Shown piece after piece: positions 16,188-24,381 of a stretch of DNA of 64,000 nucleotides. This DNA is from a virus. The stretch spans positions 1-64,000 of IMG/VR virus record IMGVR_UViG_3300048904_000222; one strand, 5' to 3'. The translations under genes and the position numbers were made by a program. How positions within the stretch are numbered: the stretch's first letter is position 1; every line of letters starts with the position of its first letter. Under the pieces are notes generated by a model that was not told the origin of the DNA, ran no database searches, and saw only the letters and a program-made list of their open reading frames with translations.

Positions 16188-16258
16188 TGGCACGCCTCTT
16201 GCTAGGTAATGGAGCTGGCACGCGTCTTGCTACGTGCCAGCATGGCATGCGTCTTGCT
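16188..16258 (+). promoter_or_regulatory. Three tandem sigma-54-like (-24 GG / -12 GC) motifs
   Basis: TGGCACGCCTCTTGCT (16188-16203), TGGCACGCGTCTTGCT (16216-16231) and TGGCATGCGTCTTGCT (16243-16258). Each fits TGGCAC-N5-TTGCW. Copies are spaced 28 and 27 bp apart. Confidence 0.5.
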
Positions 16259-16467
16259 TACACCACGCGGGCAAAGGAGCGCGTCGCGCTTCGCGTGATG
16301 TACACGGCACGGCGTTGGTGCTGCGGGTAGCACGCAGCCCAGCTCAGGGCTTCCTGGAAGCGCCATGCGTAGTGCACGCTGCCGCCGTGCGTACCGCCTG
16401 CCACGTACACACGGTAGGCAAACGGGCGTGCTACGCAGGCGGCCAGCTTGGTAAGGATGCGGAACAT
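16258..16467 (-). CDS. Hypothetical protein (69 aa)
   Basis: Track ORF 16258..16521 trimmed to ATG 16467 (MFRILTKLAACVARPF...), preceded by AGGAG. Confidence 0.5.
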   Translation of the reverse strand: MFRILTKLAACVARPFAYRVYVAGGTHGGSVHYAWRFQEALSWAACYPQHQRRAVYITRSATRSFARVV

Positions 16468-16665
16468 GGTGTTACTCCTAAAGTGTGGTTGCGGCACCAT
16501 TGCTGCAACCCATGTGTACATAATAGGGAACTATTTCCACGTCTGCCAATTGGCAATTCCAATCACCCTGATTAATAAGATCCATTGGTTATTCCGGATG
16601 CACGTGCTACTATACGTACATGGGCGCTGCACACCGCACGCGTCACACTTCCAAGGAGCAACACC
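16468..16665. promoter_or_regulatory. Divergent promoter cassette, copy A
   Basis: Homologous to 17493-17692. Contains TTGGTT-N17-TACTAT followed by the leader ACGTACATGG...CACACTT..AAGGAG and ATG 16666. Confidence 0.55.
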
Positions 16666-16926
16666 ATGTCAAACAGCAAAGCCAAGCAAGCCTACCGCAC
16701 CGCTCGCGCCATGGTGCGCGCTAACGGAAACTACGCGCTGCGCTGGCTTACTGGAAACGATTTGCGCGCCATGTACGCGCTGATGAAGCAGAAAGACGAT
16801 TTGCTGGACATGCGTGTGCAAGCCCGCCGTGCAGGAGAGCACCCGGACAACGCCATTATCTACACGGCACCGCAAGCGGTGTGGGAGCGCTGGCAGGACT
16901 GGAAACGCGCCAAGCAATTTTCCTAA
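16666..16926 (+). CDS. Hypothetical protein (86 aa)
   Basis: Track ORF 16585..16926 trimmed to ATG 16666 (MSNSKAKQAYRTARAMVRANG...), with AAGGAG upstream and a terminator downstream. Confidence 0.55.
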   Translation: MSNSKAKQAYRTARAMVRANGNYALRWLTGNDLRAMYALMKQKDDLLDMRVQARRAGEHPDNAIIYTAPQAVWERWQDWKRAKQFS

Positions 16927-16932
16927 GCCCGC

Positions 16933-16953
16933 GCCGCCGCAAGGCGGCTTTTT
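16933..16953 (+). terminator. Intrinsic terminator
   Basis: GCCGCC-GCAA-GGCGGC followed by TTTTT, 7 nt after the stop at 16926. Confidence 0.75.
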
Positions 16954-16972
16954 CGCGACCATCGCAAACGTC

Positions 16973-17001
16973 AAAAAAAAAGCCCGGCGCAAAGGCCGGG
17001 C
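16973..17001 (-). terminator. Intrinsic terminator for the leftward gene 17079..17492
   Basis: On the minus strand: GCCCGGCC-TTTGC-GCCGGGC followed by a T9 run (seen on the plus strand as AAAAAAAAAGCCCGGCGCAAAGGCCGGGC). Confidence 0.7.
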
Positions 17002-17078
17002 CAAAACCACACGCTACGGGGTTAGCGCGAAGCAAGGCATTGTAGCACAGGGCTTGCGCCCTGTGCGTCGGACCCTAC

Positions 17079-17492
17079 TTACGCGGCGTTGAACTTGCGC
17101 CATGCGTAGAATTCCTGCGTGGCGTTGCTGAGGTTGAGCTGGTTGGCCTCTGCAAACTGCCGCGCCGCCGCCACCGTGGCCTGCTCCAGCGTGTCAAAGT
17201 GCGCCCACAGGGTGGCGCACACGCCGGCCACCGGCTTGCGCGCACCGTTGCGCACCTCGCTAATACGCGGGCGGCCACGGCGTGCCGGGCGGCGCGGGCC
17301 GGCATTGTGCGCGGCACCGGTAGGCCACTGCCATGCGGCGGGCTGCGCCACCACACCCGGCAGCACGTCTGCCACCACGTCGGCAGCCAGTTCACGGAAC
17401 TCGAAGCCACCGTCCACGGTGACCACTTCGAAATTTTCCAGCCCTGCGGCCTTTGCTGCGCGGCGGGCGTTGCTACGGTTTGCGTATGCCAT
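17079..17492 (-). CDS. Member of the dispersed paralog family (RSNAxRAA N-terminus, ...YxWRKF C-terminus)
   Basis: 137 aa. The N-terminus MAYANRSNARRAAKAAGLENFEV... resembles that of 32193..32969. The C-terminal VCATLWAHFD...NLSNATQEFYAWRKFNAA resembles the C-terminal domains of 32193..32969 and 38393..39025. Confidence 0.6.
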   Translation of the reverse strand: MAYANRSNARRAAKAAGLENFEVVTVDGGFEFRELAADVVADVLPGVVAQPAAWQWPTGAAHNAGPRRPARRGRPRISEVRNGARKPVAGVCATLWAHFDTLEQATVAAARQFAEANQLNLSNATQEFYAWRKFNAA

Positions 17493-17692
17493 GATGTTTA
17501 GTCCTTAAGTGTGGCGGCGCGGTGTGCGCTACCCATGAACATAATATTAGCGGTAACGCGTCCGATGCGCTAATGGATCTTTTAAATCGATGGACGCATC
17601 CGATTAATATGATCAATTGGTATTTCCGGAAGTGCGGCACTACTATACGTACATGGCAACGCGCACCGCGTTGCACACTTAAGGAGTTAGAA
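17493..17692. promoter_or_regulatory. Divergent promoter cassette, copy B
   Basis: Homologous to 16468-16665. Contains TTGGTA-N18-TACTAT followed by ACGTACATGG, the hairpin GCAACGCG-CAC-CGCGTTGC, CACACTTAAGGAG and ATG 17693. Confidence 0.55.
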
Positions 17693-17896
17693 ATGTTTAG
17701 CATCGAAAATAACATGCGCGTCCGCGTGCAAACCGCACACAAAGACGATTTTATCGAAGCCTGCGAGGACGAGGGCTGCTGCGTGTATGTGTGCATTGGC
17801 GACGACAGCACCGTACTTCTTGACCTGCACACGGGTGGCTGCGATCCGGAAGGCGTTGCGGACCTGTTGCGCACGCTGGCAGAACGGTTCAACTAA
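17693..17896 (+). CDS. Hypothetical Cys-rich acidic protein (67 aa)
   Basis: Track ORF 17522..17896 trimmed to ATG 17693 (MFSIENNMRVRVQTAHKDDFIEACEDEGCC...), with AAGGAG upstream. Confidence 0.55.
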   Translation: MFSIENNMRVRVQTAHKDDFIEACEDEGCCVYVCIGDDSTVLLDLHTGGCDPEGVADLLRTLAERFN

Positions 17897-17908
17897 TCGG
17901 AGGCAACC

Positions 17909-18103
17909 ATGGCACACCCGCTCCTGCAACCGCGTTTCCTCCAACTCGCCAAGGACATCGAGGCCATGTTGGCAAAAGGTGGCCCTCTCACCCTCAGCTA
18001 TGCGCAAAAGTCGGACATGCGAGACTTTGTAGCGTTGGCTAAAAAGCACGGCGAACAGATCCCTCCCAACGTAGCCGCTGCGCTCAAGCGCGTCCTGGGC
18101 TAA
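17909..18103 (+). CDS. Hypothetical protein (64 aa)
   Basis: Track ORF with GGAGG 6 nt upstream of the ATG. Confidence 0.5.
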   Translation: MAHPLLQPRFLQLAKDIEAMLAKGGPLTLSYAQKSDMRDFVALAKKHGEQIPPNVAAALKRVLG

Positions 18104-18276
18104 CCAACGCAGGCGGCCTAAATCGGCCGCTAGCGCGATCGCTGTAGCAGTCCATAGGTTAATGCCTCCGCCTGTTGATAACCCCGCCACGCTTCCCACG
18201 CGCAGCCGCAAGCCCTCACCCGCAATAGTTACCCGTCGCTGAGTTGGATTTTTACAACACTGCCGACGCACGACTA

Positions 18277-18326
18277 ACTCTTATGTAAGAGTACTCATTG
18301 GTCTTATATAAGACCTGTCATATTAC
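18277..18326 (+). promoter_or_regulatory. Two adjacent palindromic operators overlapping a sigma-70-like promoter
   Basis: ACTCTTATGTAAGAGT (18277-18292) and GGTCTTATATAAGACC (18300-18315) share the core TCTTAT-N-TAAGA. The promoter TTGGTC (18298-18303)-N17-TATTAC (18321-18326) overlaps the second palindrome. Confidence 0.5.
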
Positions 18327-18629
18327 GACTAGTCAACTGGTCATAGCATCTCTATTGAGCTGGCAAACCGATAGGCAAAATCCGTCACCGCCGGTGCCTG
18401 TGGACAACCTGTTGTATTTTTCCAAATCACCGACCTGTAGATCTTACGGACCTATAGTTCTAACGCACCAAATCGACGCGTAGGCGGCTTTTCCACAACC
18501 CGATGGGTTAAACTACGGACCGATGTGGAGATCGCGCTGGCGGGCTGTATTCGAGCCCTACACGATCGCAGATTTCTGTACGCGCGTCTGGAACTCTGCT
18601 ACTATGTAGTTAATGCAACGGAGGGCGCT

Positions 18630-18848
18630 ATGCAACTCGAATTCCTGGTAAATGGCACCTTGTGCCGCGTCTGCACGGTAACGCGCAAGGTGCAGCACTC
18701 GCTCCAACGCGGTGGTGGCATTGTGTGGTGGGACGCGCAGCAAACCGCCGTCCTGGAAGCCGCTGAAGCCGAGCTGGCAAGTTTCCGCAACGCGCAGGCA
18801 AACCGCAAGCTGGCACAGAACTTGCGTCAATCCACGAAACTCTGGTGA
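18630..18848 (+). CDS. Hypothetical protein (72 aa)
   Basis: Track ORF 18525..18848 trimmed to ATG 18630, preceded by GGAGGG. Confidence 0.5.
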   Translation: MQLEFLVNGTLCRVCTVTRKVQHSLQRGGGIVWWDAQQTAVLEAAEAELASFRNAQANRKLAQNLRQSTKLW

Positions 18849-18861
18849 TAGGAGGGTTCTA

Positions 18862-19083
18862 ATGAACCTCGGTATCTCATTGCTCCGCAATCCAACGCCG
18901 GAGCTGATAGCTGTAATCATGGACGAAGCCCGGCCGTTGGCTGAGCGCTGGCACGCGTATTGCGTGGCGGATGAATTCGATCCCAAGGACTATCAAGCGC
19001 TTGCCGCGATGGACCCGGCCTATGTGCGCGGCGAGTTGGCGCGCATTTGCAAGGCGGTAAAGGAGGCCAAACCGACGCCATAA
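18862..19083 (+). CDS. Hypothetical protein (73 aa)
   Basis: Track ORF 18712..19083 trimmed to ATG 18862, preceded by AGGAGGG. Confidence 0.5.
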   Translation: MNLGISLLRNPTPELIAVIMDEARPLAERWHAYCVADEFDPKDYQALAAMDPAYVRGELARICKAVKEAKPTP

Positions 19084-19326
19084 TTCTGCCCTTGGCACGC
19101 GCAGGCAGCCCGCAGGCTCGGCTACACGGCCGGGCTCGCTGCGCTGGTACCCACAACCGGCCGCCGTGCCCGCCACGGGCCTGTACGCGCGTTCTATCGC
19201 GTTGTATTTTCGCAACACTGCTGTTGGATTTACGCGACTGTCGCATTTCTACGACGTGGCGTGCATCCAACAGTGGGATCTACGCAACACATGGAGCGAC
19301 TTGCTCCTCCGCTGGGTGTCACGATC

Positions 19327-19368
19327 GAAGCATGCTTCTGTCCGAGACTCGCTATCGAAGCATGCTTC
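19327..19368. promoter_or_regulatory. Pair of identical 12-bp palindromes (putative operators)
   Basis: ATCGAAGCATGCTTC occurs twice. The perfect palindrome GAAGCATGCTTC lies at 19327-19338 and 19357-19368, 30 bp centre to centre, about 40 bp upstream of ATG 19409. Confidence 0.5.
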
Positions 19369-19408
19369 GCTCATTCCTGAAATTTGATCGAAATATGAGG
19401 GTCCTATC

Positions 19409-19594
19409 ATGAAGCAAGTGACTAAGTTTGAAGCAGAAGATGGTCAGTTGTTCGACACAGAAGACGAATGCGAGCGATACGACAGGAAGAAGCGCGTTGT
19501 GGAGCTGTTCCGCAAAGACATTGACTTGCGAGACACGTCGTACGATAAGATTGTCAACTGGTTCATGCTCAACAGCCATCTCCTTAAGCCGTAA
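19409..19594 (+). CDS. Hypothetical protein (61 aa)
   Basis: Track ORF with GAGGG upstream of the ATG. Acidic and helical-looking. Confidence 0.45.
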   Translation: MKQVTKFEAEDGQLFDTEDECERYDRKKRVVELFRKDIDLRDTSYDKIVNWFMLNSHLLKP

Positions 19595-19763
19595 GCACCA
19601 ACCCTCCGCCGCTCCACCACACCCTGTCGCTGTCTGGTTCCCACATTCGGGCGGCGCGCTCACGTCCCTACACAGCTCACCAAAACTCGCTCATACCCGA
19701 AATGCCATCGAATTCGGATCAGTATCGAGCTTACGACCTGCCAACAGCACGCGGCGTCCAAGA

Positions 19764-20331
19764 GCCAAATTATTTGGCATAATTTCTACCGACCCGCTGG
19801 CACTGCCCGGCAAATTCTGCCAATCCACTCTTTAGCGAAAATTTTTCGAAAACCAATCCCAATCTCGTATAGGAGACCGGGGAGGGTATGCCAAATTGTG
19901 CCAAATTTTTAGGGTGGCAATTTGCACGGAATATGTACATATTCTATTTGGCAAAAAATTTGGCATAATTTGAGCGGCGGCGCGCTAAAATGTTTTGTAA
20001 ATAAACGTTTAAGAACTCGTATGTAGAAAACGCATATTCTTTAGTGTTATATTTAGCATAATTTTTTTATAGTAAGTACCTGTATTTAAAGGGTTTTTCA
20101 GTAATTCCACATTCTTTTATTTACCAGTTTCAACCCCTCTCCGGTGTGTGTGTTAAAAGGGGCTGCCAAATAAAATCGGGCGTTTTCGGGGGTTTTGCCT
20201 TTAAAATCAAGCACTTAGGTGTGCAAAATCGGTGCTAAATCGCGCTAAATGTTTCCTTCGACCTATGTTTTGCCAAAATCCCGTATGTCCACCGCACACT
20301 TCCAAAATTATGCCAAATTTAATGCCAAATT
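19764..20331. repeat. Iteron field with AT-rich core (candidate replication origin or regulatory array)
   Basis: Eight exact TGCCAAAT/ATTTGGCA copies start at 19772, 19889, 19899, 19946, 19958, 20164, 20311 and 20324. Near-copies start at 19763, 19817 and 20271. The palindrome GCCAAATTATTTGGC spans 19764-19778. Three tandem ~11-mers G(T/C)GC(A/T)AAATCG lie at 20221-20250. The tract at roughly 19985-20130 is very AT-rich. No credible ORF is present. Confidence 0.55.
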
Positions 20332-20637
20332 TTCAGTAGTCCACCGCCGCCCATCCACTCCCACTATTCCATCGCACATCGCTTCACTCCTCACCAACAC
20401 AACCCACCGCCATTCCATAATCATTCCACATCTACTCTGCCAACCACGCTTACAATTTGTTCCAACCCTGCTAAAAACTAAATCGTATCAGAAAAGCTTT
20501 ACGATGCAGCTCGGCCTAAGTTCGTAATACAATTTAGCCCTGCACTTCGCTAACACCAAAACACGTGTCCACCTTACAGGCGCACCACAAGCGCATGGGT
20601 GTGGTTACGTGAGGCACTCACTCTTCGGGCGAGAATA

Positions 20638-20925
20638 ATGACGGACCCAGCACGCCGTTCCCGCACTGCGCCACGCGTAGCCGCAACCCACCAATCCCAA
20701 TTCGAATCGTCGTTCGTTACTGCGCTGGAGATCGCCACACGCACGGGCTATCACCGCGTATCCATCAATCAGCAAGTTGGGCGATTTCTTCCAGCACCCT
20801 TCGCAATCGTCAATGGCGGTTACGTGTGGCGGCGCGAGGATATCGAGCCCTTTATTCGCGCGCTGGTGCTGCGTGCGGAAGGTGAGCGCGCCGTGGCTGC
20901 CGCTCAGCTCGCTGTGGAGGCATAA
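20638..20925 (+). CDS. AlpA/excisionase-like (MerR-type HTH) DNA-binding protein
   Basis: Track ORF trimmed to ATG 20638. The segment FVTALEIATRTGYHRVSINQQVGRFLPAPFAIVNGGYVWRREDIEPFI fits the small phage HTH_17/AlpA pattern. The stop overlaps the primase start. Confidence 0.55.
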   Translation: MTDPARRSRTAPRVAATHQSQFESSFVTALEIATRTGYHRVSINQQVGRFLPAPFAIVNGGYVWRREDIEPFIRALVLRAEGERAVAAAQLAVEA

Positions 20926-23456
20926 TGGCTGCTGTCATGGACAATATCGAACAGCACGGGCAAGATGCGGATTGGGCCGGAGTTGTTCCAACATGGCACG
21001 CAATCCCAGACGAGCTCAAGGTTATCCAGCAATGGTTCGTTTCGGCACCTACCGACGATATCCAACCTAAGCGCCCGCTGCACGTTGACCGCTTTGGCAT
21101 CCGCAATGCGAGTATCCACAAGCGTGACACGTACATGTCGTTCGACGACGCCTGCATGCGCGCCGGGCTGCTGCGGGCCAGCACGGGCAAAGACTACGGG
21201 GTCGGCTTCGTCCTCACGGCGCAAGACCCTTACTGCGTGATCGATTTGGACGACAAGGTGCACAAGCCTGCGTCGCCGCAAGACCACGCGCTGTTCAAGC
21301 AGATTATCGAAACGTACGATTCGTACACCGAGATAAGTTCCAGCGGCCGTGGCGCGCATATTGTGCTTAAGGCACAGGGTGTAGACCTCAACTTCCAGCG
21401 CGGCCACGTTGAACTGTACACGCGCACCCGTTTCATTATCCTCACCGGCAACGTGGCACGGAACATGCCCGTGCGTGATGTGGGAAACGACATCACCGCT
21501 ATGGCGGACAAGATGTCAGTGATTACCGATCGTAGTGATTGGGAGATTACAGATGAAGGCGAAGAAAGGAATAAAGACGAAGATGTCTTCCACGCTGCCC
21601 GGGATGCTGCGAACGGCGAGAAATTTATGGAACTGTGGAACGGCGGCCTCGCCGGGCTGCACTCCGGTTCAGAAGCAGACATGGCGCTTCTGCAATTCCT
21701 TTGGTTCCATTCGCGTAACCGGGCACAATGCATCCGCATGTTCATGTGGAGCAAGCAGGCCGAGCGCGATCCGGCACGCATGGCGCGAGCTGACTACCTG
21801 CCGCGCACGCTGGCCGCTACGGTTGCCAAGCTGCGTGAAGACGAGCTCGCCGCTGCCTCGGTAACTTTCGAAGAATCGTTCATGGGGTTGCCGCCGATCC
21901 AGATGCCGGGCGGGGCGGAGATCGTGCTCGCCACAAGTGAAGGGCAACCGACGGCGGACTTCAGCAAGATGCTTCAGAATTACGAAGCGCAGCAGGTTGC
22001 ATTGAAATCGGATGGCACGCCCGACAGACGTTTCATGAAATTGGAGACGCCGCTATCGCAGAAGAAAGTCCCGTTGCCTGAGCCGTTCGGGCGACTCCGA
22101 GCTCTGACAGACTATATCCAAAGAGCCAGCTTGTTTCCGGTTCAGGAAATCGCTGTAGCCGGGGCGCTGGGTCTGCTGGCAGGTATTGCCGGGTGCGCGT
22201 ACCAGACGCGAACGCACGAAGGCCAGCGGCCGAGTGCGCTGAACCAGTATTTTATCCTGGTGGCGCGAAGCGGCACAGGCAAGGAAACCATGCGCTCCAG
22301 CATCCAGCACATCATGCGCGAGCTGGAGCGTGAACAGGTTCCAATTGGGCGGCATGTAGATTTCAACGAATACGGTTCGCCTGAAGCCTTGCACACAGAC
22401 TGTATTCTCCTGGACATCACGAACTATAGCAAAGTGCACATCACCCCGGAATGGGGCCAGCTGATGAAAATCATGAAGGACAATAGCAATCAGAAGAATT
22501 CTGCTATGTACCGTCGGATTCAGCTGGACATGTTCAACGCGGGCGATTCCGGTAAAACTGTTGCCGGGCGCGTGCTGCGTGATAAGGAGAAACGGGCGGA
22601 GTCGCGCAGCGCGTTCGCCTACAGTATTCTGTCGGAAACCAACCCGGCGACGTTCGATGAAGCCTTCGATGGCGACAGCGGTGAAGACGGTTTCATGTCT
22701 CGTATCTTTGTTATCGAATACGAAGGCGTGCGACCAGATCGACAGCGGGCAGTTTCACACAAAGTTCCAAAAGAAGTTCTGGAAGACCTCAAGCGGCTGG
22801 TCATGCAGGTGCAAACCATCGAGCAGACCATCCCGGAAGGTTCGTCCATTATCGACAAGACACGGGCGCTGGCTTACACGCCTGTTAATTGGTCGTCCGA
22901 CGCGGCGACAATCCTTGACCACTATCTGCTTTTTGTGGACGAGGAAATTCGACGCTATCAGATGATGGATGGGGACGATTCCCGTCAACACATTTGGATG
23001 CGTGCGGACTTGAAGATGATTCGTCTAGCGTCGCTTATCGCTGCATACGAAAACCCCTTCGAGCCTGTTGTAACGCCTGAGATTGCGCAATGGGCGATCG
23101 ACATGGTGGCGCACAGTGCACATACATTTATGCACCGGTATGCGGAAGGCAAGCTGGGTCAGAAGGGTCAACGTTCATATACCGTTGTCATCAGTACGTT
23201 GCGTAAGATGGCAAACATGGAAATCAAATTGTCGGATGACGAAAAGATATTCATGGCACAAGGTATTGTTCTACATAGCCCAATTTTTGCGCGCGTCGCT
23301 AGCCGTATCGCTCGCTCTGGTGGGGATGCTTCGCGTGAATTACAGGCAGTTATGCAGACGCTGATCGCAGAAGGCCGTATTGTAAAAGTTCCTCAAACCG
23401 AACTTCAAAAGCTCGGAAAACGCGGTGACGCCTACCGCTTACTCAACCTCTCCTAA
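20925..23456 (+). CDS. Bifunctional primase-polymerase / helicase-like replication protein
   Basis: 843 aa. The N-terminal prim-pol-like region has VGFVLTAQDPYCVIDLDDK...GRGAHIVLK...ELYTRTRFIILTG. The central region resembles a primase C-terminal helical domain. The C-terminal P-loop region has ARSGTGKE. GGAGG lies upstream of the ATG. Confidence 0.75.
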   Translation: MAAVMDNIEQHGQDADWAGVVPTWHAIPDELKVIQQWFVSAPTDDIQPKRPLHVDRFGIRNASIHKRDTYMSFDDACMRAGLLRASTGKDYGVGFVLTAQDPYCVIDLDDKVHKPASPQDHALFKQIIETYDSYTEISSSGRGAHIVLKAQGVDLNFQRGHVELYTRTRFIILTGNVARNMPVRDVGNDITAMADKMSVITDRSDWEITDEGEERNKDEDVFHAARDAANGEKFMELWNGGLAGLHSGSEADMALLQFLWFHSRNRAQCIRMFMWSKQAERDPARMARADYLPRTLAATVAKLREDELAAASVTFEESFMGLPPIQMPGGAEIVLATSEGQPTADFSKMLQNYEAQQVALKSDGTPDRRFMKLETPLSQKKVPLPEPFGRLRALTDYIQRASLFPVQEIAVAGALGLLAGIAGCAYQTRTHEGQRPSALNQYFILVARSGTGKETMRSSIQHIMRELEREQVPIGRHVDFNEYGSPEALHTDCILLDITNYSKVHITPEWGQLMKIMKDNSNQKNSAMYRRIQLDMFNAGDSGKTVAGRVLRDKEKRAESRSAFAYSILSETNPATFDEAFDGDSGEDGFMSRIFVIEYEGVRPDRQRAVSHKVPKEVLEDLKRLVMQVQTIEQTIPEGSSIIDKTRALAYTPVNWSSDAATILDHYLLFVDEEIRRYQMMDGDDSRQHIWMRADLKMIRLASLIAAYENPFEPVVTPEIAQWAIDMVAHSAHTFMHRYAEGKLGQKGQRSYTVVISTLRKMANMEIKLSDDEKIFMAQGIVLHSPIFARVASRIARSGGDASRELQAVMQTLIAEGRIVKVPQTELQKLGKRGDAYRLLNLS

Positions 23457-23465
23457 GGAGACCAT

Positions 23466-23651
23466 ATGTTTCTCAAAGTTATCGAACGTGACGGGCGAGC
23501 TGAAGCCCGCGTCAATGTTCTGCATATCACGTCGATGCAAGACGTTGGCGGCGGGCAAGTTCGGCTCACGTTTTGGGGTGGCACGGTGATGTACATCACC
23601 AACACCATCCAGGATCTCGAAGGTCAGCTGGAACGCACCTTCGCGCAGTAA
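23466..23651 (+). CDS. Hypothetical protein (61 aa)
   Basis: Track ORF with AAGGAG upstream. Confidence 0.5.
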   Translation: MFLKVIERDGRAEARVNVLHITSMQDVGGGQVRLTFWGGTVMYITNTIQDLEGQLERTFAQ

Positions 23652-23679
23652 CACCAACCACAAGAGCAAAGGAGTAGTC

Positions 23680-24381
23680 ATGAAATACCCGCAACACATC
23701 TTGGCTTCCCACACCGCAACTCTCAAGGCATCGCTGGCAATGCGCCACGTTGTGCCGGACGTCGCCCACATCTCCGGTATCGTTGGTTCGGCGCGCGAAA
23801 CGATGTTGGACGTGCTGGGTGACAACGTGTATCTGGCGCGTCGCCAAGAGCTAGAAGGCGACGAGAAGTTCCGCCAGTGGCTGCCCTATTATGTATTCCT
23901 GCGCCAAGGCGAAAACGGACCGGAAGTGTTCATGTACCAGCGCAGCAAGCAACAAGGCGAAACCCGGCTACTCGGAAAGTGCAGCATCGGGCTGGGCGGG
24001 CACATGGATCTCGTTGACGTTCGCCATCAGGACAGCGTGATCGACGTCGCAATGACGCTGGCAGTTAGCGGGCGGCGCGAGCTGGACGAAGAAATCATGG
24101 TGTCCGCCAACGGCAGCCAGTTCTACGGCTGGTCGGCCTACGTGACCGGAAACCGCGCCATGGCGAACTTCACGGCGTTCATTCTGGACGACAGCGACGC
24201 TGTTGGCCGCGTGCACGTGGGGCTGGTGCACGTGATCGAAGTCCCGGCAAACCTGGAACTCGAGTGCAAGGACGACGGCAACGTCGGCAAGGGCTTCATA
24301 CCTGTCGCACGGTTGCTCGAACACGACCTGGAAAACTGGTCGCGTCTGCTGGCGATGGATCCGCATTACCTGCTCGCCTAA
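23680..24381 (+). CDS. Nudix-family hydrolase (putative)
   Basis: 233 aa. GLGGHMD...SGRRELDEEI contains the REUxEE core of the Nudix box. AAGGAG lies upstream. Confidence 0.55.
   Translation: MKYPQHILASHTATLKASLAMRHVVPDVAHISGIVGSARETMLDVLGDNVYLARRQELEGDEKFRQWLPYYVFLRQGENGPEVFMYQRSKQQGETRLLGKCSIGLGGHMDLVDVRHQDSVIDVAMTLAVSGRRELDEEIMVSANGSQFYGWSAYVTGNRAMANFTAFILDDSDAVGRVHVGLVHVIEVPANLELECKDDGNVGKGFIPVARLLEHDLENWSRLLAMDPHYLLA

Noticed and set aside
16234-16575. 113-aa plus-strand ORF downstream of the sigma-54-like motifs
   Set aside because: Its composition (Ala/Arg/His/Cys-rich) and the lack of an RBS argue against coding. The opposite-strand 69-aa ORF has an AGGAG RBS and sits in the duplicated promoter cassette. 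A sigma-54-driven transcript here would therefore be non-coding or antisense.
19764-20331. TGCCAAAT repeats as a possible CRISPR array or mobile-element terminal repeats
   Set aside because: The repeats are only 8-12 bp, occur in both orientations and have irregular spacing. There are no cas or transposase genes nearby. An iteron or operator field fits better.
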